Shown piece by piece: positions 1 through 7,087 of a stretch of 32,000 bases of DNA. Both the position numbers and the translations under genes were made by a program. The DNA is from Trichlorobacter lovleyi SZ. GTDB lineage: Bacteria > Desulfobacterota > Desulfuromonadia > Geobacterales > Pseudopelobacteraceae. Every line of letters begins with the position of its first letter. The first letter of the stretch is position 1. The notes under the pieces are model-generated. The model made no database searches. It saw only the letters and a list, made by a program, of their open reading frames with translations, and was not told the origin of the DNA. The stretch lies in assembly GCF_000020385.1 (NCBI RefSeq), contig NC_010814.1, positions 2,190,001 to 2,222,000 of the forward strand, given 5' to 3'.

Positions 1-294
1 TGCCCTGCCGGCTGCCCCCATAAACGGAAAATACTCCCGCCAGCCGGCATAACAGTTGCCCCGGAAGGTCCAGATCATCCGGGTGATGACGCTGACAGCA
101 AAGGCATAGGCAAAGACAAAGTGGATGAAACGGATCCAGCCCATCAGATACGCCTCTGGAGAGCTGCCGATAAAGACCGGATTGCCGATCAGGACACCGG
201 TCCCCGCCAGCACCACAATCGAGAGCACATTGACCCAGTGGCACCAGCGGACCGGCAGTTCCCAGATATACTGTTTAAACTTCTTCTCACTCAT
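1..294 (-). CDS. hyaC: Ni/Fe-hydrogenase b-type cytochrome subunit, N-terminal ~98 codons (3' end beyond window start)
   Basis: ATG at 294-292 (minus), 15 nt after the large-subunit stop. My translation is MSEKKFKQYIWELPVRWCHWVNVLSIVVLAGTG..., the typical R-x-x-H-W start and TM helices of the hydrogenase cytochrome b family. Gene order is small-large-cyt b. Confidence 0.8.
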   Translation of the reverse strand, partial: MSEKKFKQYIWELPVRWCHWVNVLSIVVLAGTGVLIGNPVFIGSSPEAYLMGWIRFIHFVFAYAFAVSVITRMIWTFRGNCYAGWREYFPFMGAAGRA

Positions 295-308
295 GGCAGC
301 CCCCTTTC

Positions 309-2009
309 CTAGGAGACCTTGACCCGCACCAGCTCATTGCCGGTGGCATCAGTAACATGCACGGCACAAGCCAGGCAGGGGTCAAAGGAGTGAATGGTGC
401 GCAGGATCTCCAGCGGCTGGTCAGGCTTAGCAACCGGTGTCCCCACCAGGGCGGCTTCATAAGGGCCGCGCTGCCCCTTGGCATCACGGGGTGAGGCGTT
501 CCAGGTGGAAGGCACCACAGCCTGATAGTTGTAGATTTTTTGATCCTTGATCTTGATCCAGTGTCCCAGGGCACCACGGGGGGCCTCATGCCAACCGTAG
601 CCGGACGCCTCGGCAGGCCAGGTCTTGGGATCCCACATCTCATTGGCATGGATACGATAGTCCCCCTTGCCGATATTGGCAATCAGGGCATCCAGCCAGA
701 CCGGTGTCTGACGGGCGATCAGCAGGGCATCAATCCCGCGGGCTGCGGTGCGTCCCAGGGTAGAGAACAGTGCTGCAGGTCCGACCCCAAGCTTGCCCAG
801 CACCATATCAACCGCTGCCTTGCTTTCTTTGTGGCCAGCCACATAGGCAACCAGGATCCGGGCCAGGGGGCCAACCTCCATGGCTGCTTCATCATAACGG
901 GGTGCCTTGACCCAGGAGTACTTTTTATCCGTATCCAGGAATTCATAGGGTGGCTTGGGGCCGGTGTACTTGGCCTCTGACTCACCTTTCCAGGGATGCA
1001 ATCCTTTGCCTTTTGCATCCTGATACTCATACCAGGAGTGATCAACGTACTCGGTCACCTTCTGTTGATCCAGGGGCAGCACCTTGGAAATATCCTTGTT
1101 CATGATTGCCCCAGGCGGGAACCAGAGGTTACCATTGATCGGGTCCGGGAACTCGCCATAGGAAAGAAAATTGCCCACCCCGCCACCAATGGCGGCCCAA
1201 TCCTTATAGAACGAGGCGATGGCCAGCAGGTCCGGGATATACACCTTTTCAACAAAATCCTGGGCCTTGGCCAAAAGGCGCTTGATGGTGATCAACCTGT
1301 CGGCATTCAGGGCGTTCTGGGAATCAGGATCCACCGGGATCGACATCCCACCCACCAGGAAGGTCTGGGGATGGGGATTCTTGCTACCCAGGATGGCGTG
1401 AATCTTGATGACCTCTTTCTGCCATTCCAGAGCTTCAAGATAGTGGGCCGTTGCCATCAGGTTTGCCTCAGGCGGCAGTTTGTAGGCAGGATGCCCCCAG
1501 TAGGCATTGGCAAATGGGCCAAGCCGACCGGTTCCCACAAAGGCATTCAGCTTTTCCTGTACTGCCTTGAAGTGAGTGGCCGAATTGTTGGGCCAGTCAG
1601 AGATGGAGGCAGCCAGACTGGCGGTCTTGACCGGATCAGCCTTGAGGGCCGAGGTGATATCCACCCAGTCCAGTGCATGCAGATGGTAGAAATGGATCAC
1701 ATGATCCTGCACCCCCTGGATGCCGATGATGATGTTACGAATCAGCTGGGCATTGGGAGGAATCTTGATCTTGAGAGCATCCTCAACCGCCCGGATCGAG
1801 GCGATGGAGTGAACCGTGGTGCAAACCCCGCAGAAACGCTGGGTCCAGTACCAGGCATCACGGGGATCACGGCCTTTCAGGATTTTCTCGATGCCGCGAA
1901 ACATGGTACTGGAGCTCCAGGCATCCTTGATCTTGCCATCCTCAATCTCGGCCTCGATGCGCAGATGCCCTTCTATTCTGGTAATTGGATCAACGACTAT
2001 CTTGGCCAT
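309..2009 (-). CDS. hyaB: [NiFe] hydrogenase large subunit (Cys-type, not Sec)
   Basis: 566 aa. N-terminal RIEGH and RxCGVC motifs, C-terminal DPCLACAVH nickel-binding motif. Sits directly after the small subunit. Confidence 0.95.
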   Translation of the reverse strand: MAKIVVDPITRIEGHLRIEAEIEDGKIKDAWSSSTMFRGIEKILKGRDPRDAWYWTQRFCGVCTTVHSIASIRAVEDALKIKIPPNAQLIRNIIIGIQGVQDHVIHFYHLHALDWVDITSALKADPVKTASLAASISDWPNNSATHFKAVQEKLNAFVGTGRLGPFANAYWGHPAYKLPPEANLMATAHYLEALEWQKEVIKIHAILGSKNPHPQTFLVGGMSIPVDPDSQNALNADRLITIKRLLAKAQDFVEKVYIPDLLAIASFYKDWAAIGGGVGNFLSYGEFPDPINGNLWFPPGAIMNKDISKVLPLDQQKVTEYVDHSWYEYQDAKGKGLHPWKGESEAKYTGPKPPYEFLDTDKKYSWVKAPRYDEAAMEVGPLARILVAYVAGHKESKAAVDMVLGKLGVGPAALFSTLGRTAARGIDALLIARQTPVWLDALIANIGKGDYRIHANEMWDPKTWPAEASGYGWHEAPRGALGHWIKIKDQKIYNYQAVVPSTWNASPRDAKGQRGPYEAALVGTPVAKPDQPLEILRTIHSFDPCLACAVHVTDATGNELVRVKVS

Positions 2010-2012
2010 AGT

Positions 2013-3134
2013 CTATTCCTCCCCGTCTTTTGTGTTCTCGTCAGCCGTATCTTTATCCTTGCGCAGGGCATTCATGGCACCATGGATAGCAAAGGCACCA
2101 CCCACACCGGCAGTAAAGGCAAGCCCGATCTTGTCGGCACTCTGCTCAATACCAAAGCCAGGCACGTTGGGCAGACGGCGATAGAGTGGCGAAGTATCCC
2201 AGAACTGGGGTTCGGAACAGCCGACACAGCCATGACCGGCAGCAACCGGCCAGCTGATTCTCTCGTTAAAACGCTGGGTGGGACAGTTATGGAAGGTTGC
2301 CGGACCCTTACAGCCCATCTTGTAGAGGCAGTGCCCCTTGCGGTGGGCATCATCCCCCCAATGCTCAACATACTGACCGGCATCAAAGTGGGGACGACGT
2401 TCACAGTTGTCATGAATCCGCTTGCCGTAGGCAAACAGGGGACGGCCATGGCTGTCAAGACTGGGAAGTTTACCAAAGGTAAGGAAGTGAACCACTACAG
2501 CGGTCAGGTTATCGGCATTGCAGGGGCAGCCGGGCAGGTTGATCACCGTAGCACCGGGCACCGCCTCTTTGACCCCAACTGCGCCGGTGGGATTGGGAGC
2601 AGCAGCGGGAATACCGCCGAAACTGGCACAGGTGCCCACAGCAATGGTGGCTGCTGCAGATCCACAGACCTGTTTGGCCCGGGCCAGATGGGACTTGCCG
2701 CCAACACAGCCATAGGCTCCTCCTTCCTTCATCGGGATGGAACCCTCAACCACGCAGAGGTATTTGCCCTGGAACTCTTTGATGGTCTTTTCGAGGTTGG
2801 CCTCAGCCTGATGACCGGCAGCAGCCATGATGGTTTCATGGTAATCAACCGAGAGGATATCCAGTACCAGCTCTCCCACGGTGGGGTTGGCTGAACGTAA
2901 CAGAGCCTCCGTGTCGCCGCAGCAATCCTGAAACTCCAGCCAGACCAGCGGAGGACGCTGCACCTTGTCCAGGGCTTGAGCCACCTTGGGTGCCATGGTG
3001 GCAGGTAACGCCATGGCAGCGGTGACAGTAGAACAGAATTTCAGGAAATCACGCCGCGAGACTCCCCGTTCTTCAAGCATCCTGGCAACCGAGAAACCTT
3101 CCTGTTTCTTTCCAGCACATTCATCTCTGTCCAT
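2013..3134 (-). CDS. hyaA: [NiFe] hydrogenase small subunit, Tat-exported, with C-terminal membrane anchor
   Basis: Twin-arginine signal SRRDFLKF, Fe-S cysteine clusters and a C-terminal hydrophobic helix. I chose the start at MDRDE (ATG 3134) because GAGGAGG precedes it. The track ORF extends to 3203. Confidence 0.92.
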   Translation of the reverse strand: MDRDECAGKKQEGFSVARMLEERGVSRRDFLKFCSTVTAAMALPATMAPKVAQALDKVQRPPLVWLEFQDCCGDTEALLRSANPTVGELVLDILSVDYHETIMAAAGHQAEANLEKTIKEFQGKYLCVVEGSIPMKEGGAYGCVGGKSHLARAKQVCGSAAATIAVGTCASFGGIPAAAPNPTGAVGVKEAVPGATVINLPGCPCNADNLTAVVVHFLTFGKLPSLDSHGRPLFAYGKRIHDNCERRPHFDAGQYVEHWGDDAHRKGHCLYKMGCKGPATFHNCPTQRFNERISWPVAAGHGCVGCSEPQFWDTSPLYRRLPNVPGFGIEQSADKIGLAFTAGVGGAFAIHGAMNALRKDKDTADENTKDGEE

Positions 3135-3377
3135 AGGCACCTCCTCTGGCGGTAGCTGCACAAAAAACCCCTGTTCTTCTATACCCCTCACTTGCCGCGT
3201 CAACGGTTAATACAAACGATGTTATTATAACGCTGAAATTGTTTTTAGCAAGCATCCAGGGATTATTTAGTCCAAACGCAGCAAACCACAACAAACGCGC
3301 CATAGCATTCAAATATACAAATATCTATTTTTCTGCATAAAATTGACCTTTACTAAAGGCCGTTGTATACAGAGCCC

Positions 3378-3710
3378 ATGGTTTTTCTGAGACAGCATAT
3401 TTTTCTTGCCGTGCTTGTTACTGCAGTACTGTTTTTCAGTATGTCAGCCAGCCATTGCACCTGGATACTTCAGGTAATGGATGACACCCCTTCATCATCC
3501 CTGCATTTGAATTACAACGAACTTGGTGAAGACAGCCAGGAAGACCGATACAGTCCGGCCTGTTTGCTCCTCCACCCGGATGTTCTGACTCCACACCCTG
3601 TTGCCTCCCATCCCGGGCAGTTGTCAATGCAACTGACACCAGACGACCAGTCCTTGCACCTGCCCCAGATCTACTTCGACATCTTTATCCCACCTCAAAT
3701 ACTCAGCTGA
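3378..3710 (+). CDS. hypothetical small protein with N-terminal hydrophobic segment (weak call)
   Basis: Open frame with ATG at 3378 and a hydrophobic N-terminus FLAVLVTAVLFF. No clear RBS and no recognisable domain. Confidence 0.25.
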   Translation: MVFLRQHIFLAVLVTAVLFFSMSASHCTWILQVMDDTPSSSLHLNYNELGEDSQEDRYSPACLLLHPDVLTPHPVASHPGQLSMQLTPDDQSLHLPQIYFDIFIPPQILS

Positions 3711-3801
3711 ATGCAGTACGCAGCATAGCCGCAGAAATGGTATTTCCCTGATTATTCCTCGCTGTTTCAGGCAGCAGGACACTACCGAAAGGAGTTATTC
3801 C

Positions 3802-4968
3802 ATGAGTATCCGCACCAGACTTGCAGCCAGTTTTGTCACACTCTTTGCTGTTGCCCTGCTGGCCGGTTGTGAAACCGGACCAGAGGTCAAAAGTGAAGCA
3901 CCAACACCGCAGACAGTGGCAACTGCCGCGCCTAAGGAGGGAGCAAAGAAGACAGGCCCTGTGCTGCCTAAAGGCGTCACTGTAATCTCTACGGATGAGC
4001 TTAAGGCTTTGATTGCAAAAGGTCCTGAAGCCGGAAACTACCTGCTTTTTGACAGCCGCCCCGCCTCACGTTTCCATGCTGCAACCATCCCGACCTCGAT
4101 AATGTTGCCAGACACGGAAATGGTAAAGCTGGACAAAGAAGGCAAGGCCCATCCCCTGCTTGGCCAGGACAAGAATAAACTTCACATCTTCTGGTGCGGA
4201 GGCCCTACCTGACCGTTCTCAATCAAGGCTGCCGGTCTGGCAGTCAAGTATGGCTACACCAACGTAAAGGTATTCTCCGGTGGCGACCCTGCTTGGGCAA
4301 AAGCAGAGCAACCTTTTATTTCATCACCCAAGCATGTCAAAGAAGCAAATATTCTGCTGCTTGACTTGCGTTCAGCTGACAAATTTGCTGCCGGTCATAT
4401 TCCTCGCGCTCTGAACTTGCCAGCAGCCAATCTGGACAAATACCAAGAAAACAACTGGCCCTCCTTTAAAGGTGCCGCAATTGTCTTCTACAGCGACAAT
4501 CAGGCCGATATTGATAAGGCTCTCGAGTTGATGCGCGATTACGGCATGTCCAAGGCGACCTACTTCCCCGGTGGCCTGGCAAACTGGCAAAAACTAGGAA
4601 ACCCGGTTGAGACAGGTCCCAAGCCTGCCCCAGCCAACCTTGTCTTTGTACGTGTATTGGGACCACAAGACATAACCATACCTGATTTCATTAAAGCACT
4701 GGACAACCCAAATGTTGTCATTCTGGATGTCCGCAACCCAACTGAAAGGGCAACCGGCCAGTTCAAAGGCTCCATACACATCCCGTCTGAGGAAATCGGA
4801 ACACGTTACAGCGAAATCCCCAAAGACAAGCTTGTAATTGTCCACTGTTCCACTGGCATTCGTGCCGGGATTGCCTATGAGACGCTGAAGGCCAAAGGCT
4901 TTACAAATCTTAAGGCGTTGAATGCAAACGTTAAATTTGAAAACGGAAAATACAAAATCACCGAATAA
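3802..4968 (+). CDS. Triple-rhodanese-domain lipoprotein read through one in-frame UGA (4210-4212), a putative selenocysteine at residue 137
   Basis: AAGGAG RBS and lipobox LLAGC. ORFs 3802-4212 and 4366-4968 share a frame and no other stop lies between them. The TGA splits a rhodanese domain (HIFWCGGPT-[TGA]-PFSIKAAGLAVKYGYTNVKVFSGGDPAW). Domain 2 lacks an active Cys (FYSDNQAD). Domain 3 has the classical HCSTGIRAG loop. Confidence 0.7.
4227..4245 (+). promoter_or_regulatory. SECIS-like hairpin: GGCUGCC / GGUCU loop / GGCAGUC
   Basis: 7-bp stem (one G-U pair) starting 14 nt after the UGA. The 5-nt GGUCU loop starts 21 nt after the UGA, a position and loop type like bacterial SelB-binding elements. 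Confidence 0.55.
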
Positions 4969-4994
4969 TTTCAGTTTCCGGGCTGCTTAATACA

Positions 4995-5026
4995 AAAGGG
5001 ACGGAGCAATCCGTCCCTTTTGTTTC
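4995..5026 (+). terminator. Rho-independent terminator after the rhodanese gene
   Basis: GGGACGG-agcaat-CCGTCCC followed by TTTTGTTT. Confidence 0.8.
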
Positions 5027-5272
5027 AACCTCACACGCAACAGTCCGCAATTCCCGTTAAAGCTATCCAACCAGCCGCTCCCCGACAACTGCAGAAAGAG
5101 CACAACATCACAAAAAACAGCATCAGCATCTAGTAGCATCATACCATCCCTGCAACAGCCACTCAGCTGCAGAGCACACTCCAGCTCCTCTGCATTATCA
5201 AAACAAGCACAATAATTACATACATTTGAACATCACCTTGGACCAGCACAGGCCAAAACACAGCACAAATTC

Positions 5273-5296
5273 ATGTTGCAAACACAAATGCAACAT
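5273..5296. repeat. Inverted repeat ATGTTGCA-N8-TGCAACAT
   Basis: Perfect 8-bp arms read directly from the sequence. Lies about 190 bp upstream of the candidate sigma-54 promoter. Confidence 0.6.
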
Positions 5297-5364
5297 CAGC
5301 CAGTCTGTGCAACACACAAATATTTATGTATTTCAAGCATGTTATCTCCACCACCAGACAACCA

Positions 5365-5382
5365 ATGTTGCACATGCAACAT
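5365..5382. repeat. Inverted repeat ATGTTGCA-N2-TGCAACAT
   Basis: Perfect 8-bp arms. Centre is about 115 bp upstream of the TGGCAC at 5484. Confidence 0.6.
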
Positions 5383-5483
5383 CGCGTATACAACTTCTAC
5401 CCTCCTAAAACACCAACCAATAATCATTATTTTTTAAATAATTGCGAATATTTGCATAGCAACCTCAACGCACACACGGGTCT

Positions 5484-5499
5484 TGGCACAATACTTGGA
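5484..5499 (+). promoter_or_regulatory. Candidate sigma-54 (-24/-12) promoter TGGCAC-aatac-TTGGA
   Basis: Good -24 element and correct spacing, but the -12 element reads GG instead of the consensus GC. Lies 54 nt upstream of the ATG at 5553. Confidence 0.35.
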
Positions 5500-5509
5500 A
5501 TACAACAAA

Positions 5510-5529
5510 TGCAACAGACGCTTGTTGCA
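5510..5529. repeat. Inverted repeat TGCAACA-N6-TGTTGCA in the leader of the 5553 operon
   Basis: 7-bp arms in the opposite arm order to the upstream copies. Lies between the candidate promoter and the RBS. Confidence 0.5.
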
Positions 5530-5552
5530 CAGAGAATGAAACGAGGCAGACC

Positions 5553-5870
5553 ATGACCACCGGCAAGATCGCCATCCCCTATTATGGAACCTTAAGCCAC
5601 CCCAACAGTGGATTTGAACGGGTTTTCTTTATTCTTGAACATGACGAACAGAATCAAGGCAAACAGCATCAGGTCAGCATGGGGATCTGGGATGCAACCC
5701 AAACTCCCCTGCTGCCAGCCTGGTTGCACCAAAACGGCATTAAACAAATCGTCTGCAGTTCTGCACCTGACCGGTCGTTGATGGAAACCATGTTGAAAGC
5801 CGGTATCAGGGTGTTTGGTGAAAGCAGTGAAAAGGCCCGTAAAATTCTTAAAAGTCTTTGCCTGATTTAA
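5553..5870 (+). CDS. NifX/NifB-C-terminal-like (dinitrogenase FeMo-cofactor-binding fold) small protein
   Basis: 105 aa. KIAIP start, central variable loop, then GIKQIVCS...LKAGIRV pattern typical of the family. Recognised by eye only. Confidence 0.45.
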   Translation: MTTGKIAIPYYGTLSHPNSGFERVFFILEHDEQNQGKQHQVSMGIWDATQTPLLPAWLHQNGIKQIVCSSAPDRSLMETMLKAGIRVFGESSEKARKILKSLCLI

Positions 5871-5921
5871 GGCTGGTACCAACATAAATCCTGTCTGTTG
5901 CTTGTGTGAAAGGAGACAGCC

Positions 5922-6074
5922 ATGAAAGCAAAAAGCAATTTTTCAACTCTGGTGGCAGAAACAACCGCAAAAGGAAGCTTGGCATTATTTGCAGGCATCG
6001 GTGTATTCCTAGCGGGATTCATTACATGGTCAGCAGCTGGTGCTGTCAGCGCAATTATTGATTTATTCAGCTGA
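5922..6074 (+). CDS. 50-aa single-TM micro-protein (MKAKSNFS...), absent from the ORF track
   Basis: AAAGGAGA RBS 6 nt upstream of the ATG. My translation is MKAKSNFSTLVAETTAKGSLALFAGIGVFLAGFITWSAAGAVSAIIDLFS. A paralogue follows immediately. Confidence 0.55.
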   Translation: MKAKSNFSTLVAETTAKGSLALFAGIGVFLAGFITWSAAGAVSAIIDLFS

Positions 6075-6107
6075 TTATTAAATACCACCCCCATAAGGAG
6101 GAAGCCC

Positions 6108-6254
6108 ATGAAGGCAAAACAGAATTTTTCAGATTTAGATGACCGCAAGTATATCGGCCGCGTACTGGCAGTTGCAGGTGTATTTTTCACCGGTGCCGCT
6201 ACCGCTGTCGCCTGGCCAGGCCTGAGCCATATTGCTCACAAACTGATTGGCTAG
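6108..6254 (+). CDS. 48-aa single-TM micro-protein (MKAKQNFS...), absent from the ORF track
   Basis: AAGGAGG RBS. My translation is MKAKQNFSDLDDRKYIGRVLAVAGVFFTGAATAVAWPGLSHIAHKLIG. A strong terminator follows. Confidence 0.55.
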   Translation: MKAKQNFSDLDDRKYIGRVLAVAGVFFTGAATAVAWPGLSHIAHKLIG

Positions 6255-6265
6255 CTATTTATACC

Positions 6266-6298
6266 GGGCAGGAGTTGCTCCTGCCCTTTTTTGTGTTT
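6266..6298 (+). terminator. Rho-independent terminator
   Basis: GGGCAGGAG-ttg-CTCCTGCCC followed by TTTTTTGTGTTTT. Confidence 0.85.
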
Positions 6299-6331
6299 TG
6301 ATGCCAACTACCCCATGCAGGTGAACCAATT

Positions 6332-7060
6332 TTGCAACATGTCGTAATCCATACAACTCTGGAGTGCCCGACCTGCGCAACAACACGCCTGTACCGTTTG
6401 GCAGACGGACGCTTCAAATGTTCACTTTGCAGAAAGGTATTCAGCGCTGGCGACAATCGTCATAGCAGACTTTCACCGTTGATACGTGAAGAGCTGGCAA
6501 AGGCATTCTGGAAGATGGATGGAACTGCAGATACAGCAGAAGCACTCAAACTGAATATCAAAACAGTTCAAAAATATTTCAGTTTGCTGCGGGATAATCT
6601 GGCAAAACATGCTCGCTTGAATCTGATTCAACAACTGGGGAGCGACACACTGCCAACAAACTGGTTCGAATCGTTTCCCCGACGCAGCAGCTGCGGGCAC
6701 CATGCTCAACCGCTTGCGGCAGTAGCCAAAGCAGGTGACAACCTCAACTTCCTGCTGGCAAGCCCGGATGCAGCACAACCGGTATTTCCCGAATCAGCGC
6801 TGCTGGGCTGGCTGTATGCACAGGATGACGAGAGCAAGCAACGCATCAATCTGGACCGGATACATTGCCAATCACGGGACAGCGACAGCATTACCCTTGC
6901 AATACCATTCTGGAGATTTGTCAAACAAGGACTGATCCGTTACCAGGGTGGCTTCAGGCATCATTTTTATCAGTATTTGCGAGAAATGGAGTTCCGTTAC
7001 AACGACCGTCAGAAACAGCGTGGACCAGATATCTGCCTGCATTTTCTAGCTTCCGAGTAA
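6332..7060 (+). CDS. IS1595/ISXO2-like transposase-derived protein (zinc ribbon plus truncated C-terminal transposase domain)
   Basis: N-terminal CPTC...CSLC zinc ribbon. C-terminal FWRFVKQGL..YQG..HHFYQYLREMEFRYNDR resembles the conserved IS1595 C-terminus. At 242 aa it is short, and I saw no flanking terminal inverted repeats. The start (TTG 6332) is uncertain. Confidence 0.55.
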   Translation: MQHVVIHTTLECPTCATTRLYRLADGRFKCSLCRKVFSAGDNRHSRLSPLIREELAKAFWKMDGTADTAEALKLNIKTVQKYFSLLRDNLAKHARLNLIQQLGSDTLPTNWFESFPRRSSCGHHAQPLAAVAKAGDNLNFLLASPDAAQPVFPESALLGWLYAQDDESKQRINLDRIHCQSRDSDSITLAIPFWRFVKQGLIRYQGGFRHHFYQYLREMEFRYNDRQKQRGPDICLHFLASE

Positions 7061-7087
7061 CACATTTTATTTTCAGGAGAGAGCACC

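Noticed and set aside
996-2894. 632-aa plus-strand ORF.
   Set aside because: It is antisense to the clearly recognisable hydrogenase large and small subunit genes, and its translation has no motifs. This is the typical shadow ORF seen in GC-rich coding DNA. The same reasoning applies to 540-980, 9937-10500, 20095-20784, 23792-24393 and similar ORFs.
3802-4968. Treating 3802-4212 and 4366-4968 as two separate rhodanese genes, or as a simple nonsense pseudogene.
   Set aside because: The 153 nt between them translate in the same frame into the missing C-terminal half of the first rhodanese domain. The second ORF only starts at an internal TTG. The stop is TGA at the active-site position with a SECIS-like hairpin. 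The pseudogene option cannot be fully excluded without the sel gene inventory.
5365-5382. The ATGTTGCACATGCAACAT element fits TGT-N10-ACA, the classical NifA upstream activator sequence, and sits ~115 bp upstream of a -24/-12-like element in front of a NifX-like gene.
   Set aside because: The other copies of the palindrome have different spacings (TGT-N14/N16-ACA). The local activator has PAS rather than GAF/NifA architecture, and no nif structural genes are present. The fit is probably coincidental, and I kept it only as a note.
5226-5556. Two plus-strand ORFs (60 and 76 aa) inside the A/C-rich intergenic region.
   Set aside because: They give low-complexity His/Gln/Thr/Asn-rich translations forced by the G-poor composition, with no RBS. 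They overlap the palindromes and the promoter-like element.
5867-6190. 107-aa minus-strand ORF across the micro-ORF region.
   Set aside because: It has no RBS and is antisense to two plus-strand micro-ORFs that have strong Shine-Dalgarno sequences, paralogous N-termini and a shared terminator.
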